Origin: Chrysomallon squamiferum
Taxonomy: Eukaryota > Animalia > Mollusca
Assembly (NCBI GenBank): GCA_012295275.1
Contig: CM022669.1
Coordinates: 13,144,001-13,208,000 of the forward strand
Direction of reading: 5' to 3'
DNA length: 64,000 nt
The notes below the pieces were generated by a model that was not told the DNA's origin, did no database searches, and saw only the letters and a program-made list of their open reading frames with translations. The translations under genes and the position numbers were made by a program. Shown piece by piece: positions 18,959 to 35,003 of the stretch; the stretch's first letter is position 1, and each line of letters starts with the position of its first letter.

Positions 18959-20240
18959 AAATTTAGAAGGAAAACAATAGTTCGTCTTACACAAGCTTTC
19001 ACACTGTAATCACTTTAATATTCTTTATAACTGCAACTTAATTACAGGCAAAGAGAAACCTATGACATTGTTCCTCGCTAAAAGTATCAGAAGAATTTAC
19101 TCCAATCCCTTGATTTTGAAACGAAATAAATACGCAAGTATATAAACAAAATGTAGGTTAATTTATCCATCGTTTCTTTTTGAAGCAATGAAAATTCGGT
19201 CATTCTGCGACATAGCATGACTAGGTTTCCTGTAATTAATTGTGTATAAAACATAGAGTTAATGCGTGTCAGTAAGTGATTTACCTGGACAGGTAAACAA
19301 TAAAGGTAATAAAATCTACAGGTAATCTTCATTATGATTCGAGATTCAGACTCTTGCTTTCACTTTTCACAGAAAAAAAATTCGCTCTTTGTTTTCAGAA
19401 TGCTCTGAAAACTAAAATACACTTTTTGATAGTTTCAAATGTGTGACTTCTTCGTATTAGGAATTGTATTTTATTTTCTACATCTTACAGCGAAATTCTT
19501 TGATCTTTCACTTTTGAATTCATCCAAACTGTTTTTGTTCATAATAACAAACACGTCGACTAACGTTATTGATTCATACTTAACGAGAATTCCTAATACG
19601 ACTGCACCATAAAGAAACTGAAAAAAACACAAAAAAACAACAACCTGTACTGCATCCGAATAAAACACCTTAATCGTAAAATAATTTTATTTCAAAATTG
19701 CATTTGTCTCGTGTGCAACAAACAGATTAACTAATCGCAGTTGGTTTAATTGCAAATTTTTCGTTAATTTGTTTCTAACGATTATTATTTCCTCTGCTTA
19801 AATTTAGAAAAAGATTTAAAAAAATTAATGAATAAATGTTTACAGAGGTCTGCGAAGATTTTTTTTTTTTTTGGCTTTGTATCATTATTTCATAATCTGA
19901 AAATGAAAATGAAGTGGATGAAAGAAAAAAAAAAAAAAGAAAAATCCTAAACAAACAAACGTACAAACAAAAACGTCTTTCGTCATACATTTAATATGTG
20001 AATTAATTTTTAAAAAAATATATATATATATATATTGTAATGTTCTATATTTTACTATGCCGTTATGACCAGAAATAATTTCCATATGTGATGGTAAATC
20101 TTCGTTCACGATTTAAAACAAAAGCAAGTGAAATGCAGTGCCGTGATCAAAGTGAAATGTAAGCTGCTTCTTAAAACGTACAGTTCTATTTTTAATCTTA
20201 CAAACCAATCAAGAAATGAATTCATTTCAGTAATAGGCAG

Positions 20241-20286
<46 letters not shown>

Positions 20287-20337
20287 TCATTAATTCATTC
20301 ATTTCAGTTATAGGTACATACGTACGCACGGACACAT

Positions 20338-20380
<43 letters not shown>

Positions 20381-20835
20381 TTACAGAAATGAATACATTC
20401 TTTAACTGCTATATGTGTGTGTGTGTTTCTTTCTTTTCTTTAATCTCAAAACTTTGTCATCGATATTTGAAGTCTGGAAAAAAAAAATGTTATTACGAAG
20501 TTTAGTTTTTAGATATGCAATTACCAGGAGATAAGTAATTACTTTCATAATTGATTATTTTATAAAATGTGTAAAATAATTATATATAATTATAATGGAC
20601 AATTTTTTTTATTCATATATTTTTTTTAAATTTTTTTTTATTGTTTTATTTTTAATTATTTGTGGTCGGTAGTGCGTTTGGATCAACAGAATAAATTTCC
20701 CGTTCAAGTCAGTACGATCACACAGCTATTAATAAATTAAATGACATATTTTTTGATTTACTATCCTTGTTACTAGCAAAGAGAGACAGAGAGAGTAATC
20801 AAGTCTTCATTTAGACGTTAATAGTTATTTCTCGT

Positions 20836-20920
<85 letters not shown>

Positions 20921-21345
20921 CACCGGAGTGCATTTTATTTATCTTTTGTGAACTGTCTTATGCTCTGTTCGAGTTAAAATAAGAAATTCAGAAGTTAATG
21001 TAACTGGAAACAAGACAAAGAAAAGAATAGCTGGCAATTACATATTAGTTAAAAAAAAAATAATAGTAATAAAAATATTAATATTTTCTGTGGTATTGTT
21101 TACAAAAGTCACTGCAAAACGATTTCTACAGATTTATCCATTTTGTTATTGAAAGAAAAAAAAAAAGAAAAAAAGAAGAAGAAAATGAATATCATCGGTA
21201 TTAAAGGATTTTCTGCTTGTTGTTTTTGTCGTGGATATAATGAACCTTCATTATCTGCATTTTGAGTGCAAAACATCGAACAATTCCAACGCATTATTCA
21301 GTCAAACGAAAAATATTAATGTAAAATAGTTTATTATTATTATTA

Positions 21346-21439
<94 letters not shown>

Positions 21440-23355
21440 GTCAACGAATTATTATTCTCCGTAAACAGCTGGATTTAATTAATAAATAAATAAATAAATA
21501 AATGAAACAATGAAATAAATTATAAAAATTAAAATTATTAAAATTAAAATTATTAAATTAATGGACTTAATTAACAAACACACACACACAGACACACACA
21601 GACACAGACACACACACACAAACACACACACATATACCTTCATATACACAAATACACCTACCCGCACATTTTTATGCGTATATACAAAAGCTACTTAAAA
21701 TAACCGTATGACAGTGATACCTAATTAACCACATCAGATCCCCACAATATAAGAAACACCTCGGCCAGACGTAATCATTAACAGTCATATTCCATCCTTT
21801 TCTGTGTATTATTCATCGAAATCGCATTACCGAAATGTTCAGTAACGAGAGCAAGCTGGCATCATTGGTCATTTGAGAACAAATCAACAGATGCTTATTT
21901 CTGCTGATCGGCTGACCAAAGGTCATTGCGCTTTGAATCGTGCAGGTAAACATAATTATTTTCATTCTTAGCTTTGGAATATATATATAAAATAACTGTT
22001 TATTTTTAACTCAGCATCCTTGTCTTCATGGTAAGTATTCTGTTGACTTCAAAGGGGTGAAATACATCAAGTTGTCTTGTGCGTGATTTGTTTGATTTCT
22101 TCACGAGAACAAGAAATGTCTGATGAACAAAAACTGGCAGTCCTTCTTCTGAAGCCATTTTTGGTCAAAGGGTCTTGGAAATAATCTGCAGATGGAAACT
22201 TATCAAAAACAGCAAAGAAGATGTTGACGTACTTCCAAGTATAAACAAAAATTTATCGTAAGTTCTTTCATAGTATTGTTTCGTAGATCTTTCCTTAACT
22301 CTATGGAAGTCGGAATAGTTTATGGAATTTTCGCATGTTAATTATTGGAATCTGAATATTTTCTGGAAGAACTAAGCTTCTTTTTTTTTCCCCCGTCATG
22401 TGAACAAACGATAAGAACAATGTGAATAGAAAGACATATTTCTGTAAGGACTAAAATCTATTCTCTGTGTTTAATCAGCTAAATGCTCAGTTATTAATAA
22501 CGTATTTGTATGTTTAATATTTCTAATAATAATTAATCAGTGATAGTTTTGTACTCAGCATTACGTGAAGTTTTCACATTAAGTATTTATACTTAACTAT
22601 TATTTTTTATTTAAGATGAAAAACAAACCCAGGTTTGATAGAATAAATCATATAATGTCTTAATAATATTACATGCATGATCACAGACTTCCAAATAATT
22701 AACAAAAGATTTTAAGTTGACGTTCCAATACTTTAATGGAAGGTTTATCAGATATTTATCAAAACGAACAACATGGTTGAGTACAGCACGTATTTGAGAT
22801 TTCGTGACGTTGTTTATGTGTATTAGATTACCAGTTTAACTTGAAAAACAAGGACCATGGTACAGTGTCAATAGTAATGAATGTAAAAAAAAAAAAAAAA
22901 AAATTTTACCATATCAAAGGAAGAAGCTAATTAAAAAGATGTCAATTTTTTGTGCATCAGAAATATATTACTCTTATTAATCAATAAATTTATATATTGC
23001 TTTTTGCAACACATGTTTTGTGCTGGTAAATTCTTATCTTTTCCTGAACCGTAACTCTGAGTCGAAATAAAATTTTCTTGCTGGACAAAAGTGTTTTAGT
23101 AAGCTGAAGTATTTGCGGACAAGACTTAGATTTGTGACTGCAAAGTTACTTTTTATTAGTCTGGAGTTTTTTTGCAGAGCAGAGAAATTTCTTCTGTTGG
23201 AAAGTTATTTTCTGATTCAGTACCTGAAGTCTTATACATAGCACGTATGTTGTTAGAAATTATAATTTATTGGTATTGATCTGTTTTGCATATCTCAATA
23301 TTTACTCGGTTCTTTTGCTGGATATTATGTTTTGTTGAAACAGAGAAACAACACA

Positions 23356-25100
<1,745 letters not shown>

Positions 25101-25881
25101 TATCATGATCCGTTCAAAGAATACTGAAAACGTTGATTCAGTTATTACTTAATTAAAACTGTTTTTTTGTTTCTTTTTATGAATTAGACAAGATAAATTA
25201 AAATAGCAAACAATCATATTGTGATCAAAATATTCCTTCAAACGTTCATGAAAGCGGATTCAGTTGATTCGTAATTTTTGTTTTTTATTTAATTATTTAT
25301 TTATTTGTTTTTGTTTTGTTTTTTTCTGAATGAAATCAGTTAATCAAGAACCTTTGGCCACAGTAAAGTTGTAAAGATATTCATCGATTCTTCTGTTCTG
25401 TATATTATTCTTACTGTTGTTTTTGTTATTATTGTTGTTGTTGTTGTTATTATTATTATTATTTATATTATTATTAGTTATTTATTTATTTGTTTATTTA
25501 TTTAATTTTATCACTATATATATTTTTATATTTCATATATATTTCTTATAGAAAGTGTTAAGGGAGAACAATTTTTCAATTCACTTTTATAATATTAAAG
25601 TGAGTATAGGTTGATCACAAAATATTTGACGAACAAAACGGGTAATCCGTTTTAATGCTGTCTTCATCAGACAACAGCGATAGTCAACGAGCGTGTACTT
25701 GAGTAAAGTGACTACAGAAGAAGCATGCTGCAGATGTATATGTATACTAATACATTTTCTAATCTGATTTCATTGAAGAAATAATTTAAATCTCTTTCAG
25801 TGCCAGTATTGTACTGTTACTATTAACTTTTGTGTAAAAAAATTGTAGCTATAGGAAAATCGTTGATTTTTCTAAAAATGT

Positions 25882-25913
<32 letters not shown>

Positions 25914-26113
25914 TCTTTTTTCGTTGTTACTGTTGCTGTTGTTGTTGTTGATATCAGTGTTAATGTTTCTGCTGTTGTTTTGTAAATCTGAGATTGATTA
26001 CAGGAAACCGACTTATATAAGAATAATTAACTGGAAATAACATTACTTTCTTTTTTAAATTACTTTTTATTTTATTTTTATTGTTTATTTATTTTTCATT
26101 ATTTTTTACTTCA

Positions 26114-26172
<59 letters not shown>

Positions 26173-26532
26173 CATCATCATCATCATTATTAAAACTCAT
26201 TTTAAAAGTTAATGAGCGGTATAACGCCACTCTGTATATTTCTAAATTTATAAATTAGTCTTGTTTAATTTCTATTTAATCTTTATTTTCTATCGTACCA
26301 GAAGAAGAAAAAAAGAAGTAAAAACCGCATTGTATTATTTTGTACAGTTCATAATATATATATATATATCTGTGGGTGTAGGAGTCAACGATTGTTTTAA
26401 TTAATTCAGGGTGCTAACTAAATCCAAGCTTTCTTTAAGTAATCGAGAATTGCTTGTGAGAAATTTTATTGTTATATTCTTAGTATACTAGAATATGGAT
26501 GGGATAAATCAGTTTATTTCTCCTATTAAGTA

Positions 26533-27174
26533 CAGTGATACCTTGACTTACGAGTTTAATTCGTTCTGTGACCGCGCTCGTAACTCAATTTGCTCGTATA
26601 TCAAATCAATTTTTCCAACTGTAATTTATTGAAATACCATTAATCCGGTCCAGCCCTTCATGGACAGAGGTCCGCAGCTTAGAAATTATTTTAACGCCTT
26701 TGGCTGGAGTTATAGCCTTTAACGACCCCTTCTGCTTCAGTATGGTACAATATCGTAGAAGTACTACGCTCGTACTGCATTGTAGTCACTTTGATTACAC
26801 ACACACCTGGCTCATATTTTCCTGTGATTTCATTCTTTAATTCAATGGACATCATCCGTTTCTTATCTTCTCAGCACTGTCCTTTGTACTCACTTTTTGA
26901 GGATCCATGGAAATTTGGCAAAATACTACACAAAACGCTAGCACAACACAACAGAGATGCTTCCACGGCGAGGTAACTACTTGAAGCAAACGAATGAGAT
27001 GCGAGATGCTGGGCAGATGGTGTATTATTAGTTGCGCCGACTAGCGGCGGCATGTATGAAGCTCGCTCGTAACTCAGATTCTGGCTCGCAACTCAAAGCA
27101 ATAAATCTACCGGGCGACTACTCGTAACTCGGAAAACTCGTAAATTGGAGCACTCGTAACTCGAGGTATCACTG
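26533..27174. mobile_element. Non-autonomous Tc1/mariner (pogo/Tigger-like) DNA transposon, MITE, 642 bp
   Basis: Left TIR CAGTGATACCTTGACTTACGAGT versus reverse-complemented right TIR CAGTGATACCTCGAGTTACGAGT (21/23). Flanked by TA on the left and TG on the right (probable decayed TA target duplication). Internal CTCGTAACTC subterminal repeats; no transposase ORF. Confidence 0.85.
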
Positions 27175-27687
27175 TGTCTGGTCAAACGGTAAATTAATCA
27201 GGTTTAGTTTTCTACATAAATAATCCTTTAAAAAATTCATTGTAGGATTAATCTCAGAATAAACTAGTACCAAGATTATAATTATAGGAATAAAAAGTGT
27301 GAACTGGTTTTTAAGTTACTAATTAATCTACATGTTAAGATTTTTTAGTTAGAGTTTTTGTTGCAGTTCTTGAAAAAGTTTGGTTGTCAAAGTCCAGTAA
27401 CTCTTGCTGAATAAATGTTAGACTTTTCACTGGACTATCTTCTACTGATATTAAAAACATGTATCATGATAAATCTACGTATATAAACATAAATAACTGT
27501 ACATTTGAGCTACATAACGATTATGATAACAATTATAATATCACAGAATATTAAAGTTTAAATTTACAACAAGTATTAAATATGGTTAAAGGAACAATGG
27601 CTTATGTAAATCTAATTACATTTCAGTATTGTATTAAGCTATAATTTTAAAGAAATTTAATAAAAGATTTATATATCTTTATATATA

Positions 27688-27748
<61 letters not shown>

Positions 27749-28119
27749 GGTTATATTATTTATTTATTTATTTATTTATACAGAAAATTCGAAAATAATC
27801 TGTTATATTACGTTTATTAAAAAGAAAGGAAACAAGTAGAATTTGCGAAAACAAATACTATTTATGACTTTAGAGGTTAGATACAAACAACGTCAGTCTT
27901 CGTAAATTTTCGTACAAATGAAACGTCAACAATTGTATGACGTCATTTAACAACAACAAACAGAATAGGAGTAAAATGTTATTATTTTTTGAGAGTGAAA
28001 CGACAGAAAATGTTTGCAAGTAAAGTATTATGAAAGAAATAATCAATACTTATAACAGGTGGTTTTTTGGAGGGGTTGTTGTTATTGTTCTTCTTTTTCT
28101 TCTTCATCTTCCTCTTAAT

Positions 28120-28150
<31 letters not shown>

Positions 28151-28453
28151 TTATTATTATTATTATGACAGCAATAACAGTAGCAATACAAAAATAAAAG
28201 ACATATTGCTAAAATATCTTCTACAGTGTTATGTATTGTTGTTATTATTATTGTGCTTTGGTAGTTTGTTGGTTTATCGTTCTTTTTTATTGTTTTTATC
28301 TGTTTATTTTATTTTATTTTAATTATTTATTTATTAATAAAACTTTGGTTGTGTTGTTGCTTATAGTTTTTCTGTGTTGTTGTTCATGTTTTACTCGTTT
28401 ATTCTTTTTTCTATATATTAATTTTTATTTTATTTTTTTTTTTTTCTCTCTCT

Positions 28454-28485
<32 letters not shown>

Positions 28486-30144
28486 CTCTGGCGGATTAAT
28501 GAGTGCAGATGAAACTGAAGACTAAGTTGAAATAAAATAACAAATCTAATTTAGAAAACTACACTGAGGTATTTGATTAAAGACTGAACTTGTACGACAA
28601 ATCAATTAAATAAAAAAGAAAACTATGTGTGTGAGTGTGCGCGCGCACATGTTTATCTGGTTGATTGTATGTATGAGAGTGTTGAAATGTAGAGCCACAG
28701 ACAAATATCTTCACGATGACGATCGATATGTTTTACATTTTAAAATTTATACATATGGGTAAAACCTCAAAATAAATAAATAAATCTCAAAATTAAAAAA
28801 AAAAAAACATTAAGATATCTGTAAAACTACATATTATAACCTTTTCTTTCGTAACATTATTCCATCACTAGATTTTTTTTTTTTTTTTTTTTTTTTTGAA
28901 GTTTATATCAAACTGTTTCTTTTAAAAGAAAATACGTAAAGAAATCTGGCTACAAAAGAATTTCCATTAAAATCTGTTATTTAAAAATGTTTTAAAAACC
29001 AAATACATTCCAATGATCAAAGTGAAATACAGTTTGCTTGCTAAGACACACATTTCTATTTCTAAACTGAATTCGTTGCGTAATAAGTATATATATATAA
29101 CTTGTGTTATTATTAGTATTGAGAAAAAAATATGAAGACGTTTAGATATACTGATCAAAGTGCATATAAATTGCTGATCTTAGGATATGCGCATATATAC
29201 AAAAAAACACACACTCGTACATGTGTATGTACAGCGTGTATGTATGCGTAAATATAAATAAATAAATAAATAGAAGATAATTTTGTTCTTTAAAGAAAAA
29301 TTCGAGATCTTTTCATCAATTGTTCTTAAAATGTACGAAGTCTGATCTCTGCTGTAAACAAAAAAAATAATTTATATAGGACAAATTTTTAAAAATATAT
29401 ATTTTATCAATGACTGTTGTCTTCACGGTATCATAAGACAGAATTCGAATTAACTTTTTAAACATGTGTATTTGTCCAGAACAAAAGCAAACTATGCACT
29501 GTTAACATCCTTGCAGAATAAACTGTAACGTAATAATTTTATAATTGTAAGTTTCGAAACGTTCAACGTTCTTAAATATCAAAACATGCCGAAAGAGAAT
29601 CACAGGAAAGATTTAATGAAAACTATCAAGATGACTGAGTATTACTGTCACTTTGTGATGTATACTGACTGTGTTACCAGTTTAACAAAATAAACTGCAG
29701 ATGGTAGGGAAGTGAACAAAAGGAACGTTTTATGAAACAAACAGTTTCACCACAAGAAAGGAAAGAGCTAATTAAAAAGAATTCAATTTCAAACGAGACA
29801 GCAAGATATTTATCAAGTTGATCAATAATCCTACATATTGAGTGAACTTAGAAGCTTCTTGCATATCACATGATACAAGTAGTCTGTCGGCCAAATCTTA
29901 TCTTTTACTGAAAACTAATTCTTTTTCAGTCTGTTAGAAAATTTGTTGGTGGACTGTGACATTTTATTAAACTCGAGTCGTTCCATATTAAATCAAATTT
30001 CTGTTGTTCGAATGTTACATTTAAACAGACTTTAGCCTTTAGCACATCACTCAGAATTTTGCTCCGGGGAATTTTAAGGAATTTAAACTATTTTGGACAT
30101 CGTAATATTTATTAGGTTATTTTGGTGGATAAGAAAACAACGCC

Positions 30145-30965
30145 ATGAACAACACAAACATTTCAGACTACAAAGACACGTCTTCTGTGATTTTCTGGGG
30201 ATTGTACGATCAAGGTGTCACACTGGGCTATCTGTTACTAAACATCGTAATGTTCGTCATGGGCGTTTCCATTATCTTCCTCAACTCCATAGTGTTCTAC
30301 TCCATGACGCGAGAACACCCCGCAGACGACGACGCCAGCAGCTACATCATCTGCAACCTCTCGGTCACGGACATGATGACCGGAATTTTCGTAATCCACA
30401 CTGTTTTTTACAATCTCGTAAACTTCCAGTCAGAAGTTGAATGTCATTTCAGACTTGGTTTTCTTCATTTCTTCTGCATGTCTTCTGTCCTGCACCTCAT
30501 TCTTATGACTTTTGACAGATACGTTAAAATAATATTTCCTTACAAATATCACATCATCTTCAAAAAGAAAACGATCGTTTGTTCTTCGGCGGTCATTTGG
30601 GTGGTTTCACTTCTGTACGGAGCTTTGCCAATAATGGGCTGGCGGAAACCAACCATTTCAGGATTTCTTCTCTGCAGATACCTAGAAACACTGAGCGATG
30701 GGTTCATGATTTTGTCCGTGGTGATTTTTCTGATGCCAAATGCAATCCTCTTGGTTATGTATTCTCACATTTTCATCGTGGCCCGCAGACACCAAAGGGC
30801 GATCAGAAATCTTGAAGTTGGTCCAGAGCACAGCCACTTTGACAAGAAGACTTGGAAGCTAACCAAAACTGTCGTCATTATTAGTGGTGCTTACGGAATT
30901 TGCTGGGTGCCTCTCGGTAGGTTTTGTATTCCTAGAAACATTTAAAATATAATAATTTATGTTTT

Positions 30966-31049
<84 letters not shown>

Positions 31050-32095
31050 AAATAGTTGAGATATTCCATGAGCTTAATTATGTATGCATGGATGTATATT
31101 CAGTCCTAAATATACTCTGTCTTATGTACATCTGATCAAAAACTGAACATAGATAATATTCGGGAATGCACTGGTACAGAAGGAAGAAGTATGTACGTAT
31201 GTACGTATGTACCTTGTGTCTGTTTCTTTCTTATTCTTTATCTTTGGATTTCTCTTTTTCTGTATCTGTTTATATATCTGTGTAATCTGTCTGTCTGTCT
31301 ATCTGTGTATCTATCTGTCTGTCTATCTGTGTTTCTACCTGTATATTTATCTATACATCTAGATATCTGTCTATCTATCTATATATATAGATCTATTTCT
31401 ATTCACTGTCGTTCTCATTTTCTCATTATTTTGTTTAGCAATTATGTCTGCGGAGACCTCATGCTAATTTCGCCTGGTAATGTAGTCAGAAAAGTCATTT
31501 ATCAAGAATTTCCATTACGAAGAAAAAACAATAACAAGATGTCATCCTAAACATCCTGATTACATTCTATTATTATTAATTTTTTTATCCTTTATTTTCG
31601 TCTTTTATTTTCATAAACTAAATTTTTTGTACAAATATTAATTGTAATATATAATAAACAACCTATAAATGGAGATACATTTGTAGTATGTATGTATGTT
31701 TATATGTTTGTATGTATGTATGTATGTATGTATGTATGTATGTATGTATATATGTATATTTGTGTTTGTGTATGCATATATCTACATACTTGAAAATATA
31801 TCTAGGTGTGTTTATATTTTGTAATATACGGTGTTCATCGCAAGTTTCTTTTTATTCTGTTTTACCAGGTATAGTCATTACAATGTACCTCAACGGACAT
31901 TTCCTACAACTGACATCAACAGCAGCTAGTTACTACACCTTCTACAGCAGCATCCCTGCTTTCTGCAACGCCATTTTCAATCCCCTTGTCTACGCCTTCA
32001 AGTTGCCGGCCGTGGAGAAATACTACAGACGTTTGTTTTGTCCAAAGTCGTTTGTTTGCTGTCAGCCACAAGATGGATCCAATATCACCTCGTAA
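30145..32095 (+). CDS. Class A GPCR, array copy 3, join(30145..30916,31869..32095), 332 aa
   Basis: MTFDRY, CWVP and NPLVY motifs. Donor G|GTAGGT at 30917 and acceptor accag| at 31868 join in frame. Confidence 0.93.
30967..31048. repeat. (CT)n microsatellite in the GPCR3 intron
   Basis: Direct inspection. Confidence 0.95.
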
Positions 32096-32200
32096 ATAGT
32101 CGTGTTAGTTAAGTCAGATGTGAGATCAAATATTTTTCTTGATATGAAACAGTAGACGAAGTAACAGTGGACCACAATTGCTAGTTCTGGTACCTGCCCA

Positions 32201-32302
<102 letters not shown>

Positions 32303-32674
32303 TATCGTATTTATCATTAAAAATTTAAATTTTTAATTTATTTATTTATTTATATAATGTTAATTTAATATAATTTATTTTAATTTAATGTATTTATTTA
32401 ATTTGTATTTATTTATTTAATGTCATTCATTTATTCATTCATTTTATCATTCAATTATTTATTTATTTATTTATTTATTCATTTATTTTTCTGTTATTCA
32501 TTTATATTTAGGATCACCAATTATTTTTTGGGTCATTCTGCACGCACAAATTTAACATAATTTGACTTACAGATGTAATTGTTATAGTAACATATTTTTT
32601 TAAATAGTTTCATTTCTCATTAATTTAGCAAACAAATTTCACAGTTATCATAGATATCATTTTTTATAATGGTG

Positions 32675-33365
32675 AAATAAATTCAGTGGTAACATGGATA
32701 TGTAATTTAAAGCTTACATTTTAATGACAATGTAAAATTTAGTGGTAATTGGAAACATAAATTTAACGTTACAGTGGGAACTTAATTTCAGCTCTAATGA
32801 GTTACAAAATTACAACTGTATTGTAAATTCAGTGGTAACGTGGTAATACACTTACCGTGATAACGTATATTAAGTGGTAACGTAGATTCAGTGGTAAACT
32901 AAATTAAATGGTAAAACGGTAACGTATTTACAGTGGTAATGTAAATTCAATGGTAATGTAGTATCGTAAATTCAGTGCTAACGTTCTTACAAGCAACGTA
33001 AATTCAGTGGTAACGTACCTACAGTTATACTATAAATGTAATGGTAACGTACATATAGCGTCAATTCAGTGGCAAAGTGCTCTCAGTGGTAACGTAAATT
33101 CAGTGGTAACGTGCTTACAGTGTTAACGTAATTTCTGTGGAAACGTAACAGCATAGTTACGTGGTAAATTTTATGTGTCTACAGCAGTTACCGTGTTAAT
33201 GTAAATTCAATTAGTAATATAATTTTCCTTGAATAAACAGTTCCAGTGTAAAGGAATTGTGTTTATGTGATTCCTCGAGTAATGCTATTTCATAAATAAA
33301 AGTTATTATGTAATTCTCGAATAACGTAATTTCTGTAGTAACGTAATTACTGTAGTAACGTAATT
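32675..33365. repeat. Degenerate minisatellite of about 17 bp (AACGTAAATTCAGTGGT) downstream of GPCR copy 3
   Basis: Recurrent (A)AATTCAGTGGTAAC-like units near 32679, 32823, 32882, 32966, 32997 and 33084-33110, decaying to GTAACGTAATT(T/A)CTGTA near 33325-33365. Confidence 0.75.
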
Positions 33366-34220
33366 ATTCTTGGTTAATGCTGTTTTAATGGTAAAGCTAT
33401 CATTGTTGTAATCTTATTTCACGGTCACTGTAATTTCAAAGATAACAACTGGTCTTAAACACTGGGTAACTAGATGTCTATGTAAATTATTTTAGATTAG
33501 CACTAAGCTAGTCTAAATGTTATGTTTGTACTAAATAAATGTTCACGAAAGATGTTAATGACATTCTTGTTTTTCATTTCTTGGTGAGGTTTTGTGAATG
33601 TGATTAATGATTACATGCATATGAATCTCTTCCTGTGAAAACATTGAAAACATTACAGAAACTGTACCAGGGAAAATGTATGTATGTATGCATGTATGTA
33701 TGTGTATAGTATATGTCTTTGAATGTATTTATAAAATGAAACACTAACATGTACTATGACTGAAAAATCTATGTTCAAAACCTTTCAGTTCCATGTTCTC
33801 CTCTACACCCCGCGATCTCAAAATCAGTTTACATTAATTAGATGTGTCTTTGTCTACAGTTTCACTTGACAGAAGTCTTTGAAATAATTGTCAGGTAGTC
33901 TTAGGATTAACCAAAGTTAAGAGAACATTTGCTTTAATTTCGTCCTCGTTCGGAATCATTACATTAGTAACCATTCTCGGAATTCGCGTTAAAAAAATAA
34001 AACTTATTTAAGAACTGCTTCATCCTGTCATGAAATCCTCATAACTCTGACACGTAGAAAACACATGGAAAAGAGATGGTTAAATGGCGAACTCGTGGAA
34101 ACCCAGATTGGATTCGTTTTCGATGTGAAACCCACGTGTTTGTTTCCACCACTTTCTGATACCTTACGCTGAAATCCGACCTTTTTAAAATATATTCCCG
34201 CGCCCTACATCAAATCGCTT

Positions 34221-34251
<31 letters not shown>

Positions 34252-34956
34252 CGTTCTTTTGGGGCATTGCAGTCTTTTATATTTATAAAGCGTTAGAACC
34301 TGGAATGAAATAAACCGATATCCAAAGAAAGGAAATAAAAACTGAAATATTTAAAACGTTAAACGAAAAGCGCTGGAGCGTCGCGCACTGACATGCTACA
34401 AAGTGGTTTCCTGGAAACTTTTATATTAGTAACATCGATCCTGGAAGAACAAAAAAAAAAATAAAAAAAAAAATTAAAAAAAATTAAAAAAAATTAAAAA
34501 AATACTTGGCACTTGGATTCGTTAGAAAAGGAAGCGGCCATAATGGCCGTTAGGACTTTATGTTTGAAAAAATAAACAAAACTGGCTTTGAATTTTGTTA
34601 ATATTGTTTCAAAGAAATGAATTACGCAAGCCGATGATGTCATGTGTTTCACTACAAAATACTGTGGTTGGGGCATAAGGAATTACTGAAAACCAAGAGG
34701 GCTTAGTTTGTATGACCAGGTACGTAACAATTATGAAATTTTCTGTTACTGAAATCAATTATTGTTAGTAAGACTCGCAATACTTGGGGTACAACGAAAT
34801 TCCTTTATCATTAAATGAAGGTCATATTTAAAATCAGTTTCATGATATGAACAAAATAAATAATTTAGCCTATTAAATTAGGAATAGGTGAAAAACCATT
34901 ACCAAAATTGGAAAAACAAAAATTAAATGTTTAAAGTTTTTAATTAATTAATTAAC

Positions 34957-35003
<47 letters not shown>

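Noticed and set aside
26791-27053. Short ORFs inside the MITE as transposase fragments
   Set aside because: No HTH or DDE-like motifs are visible.
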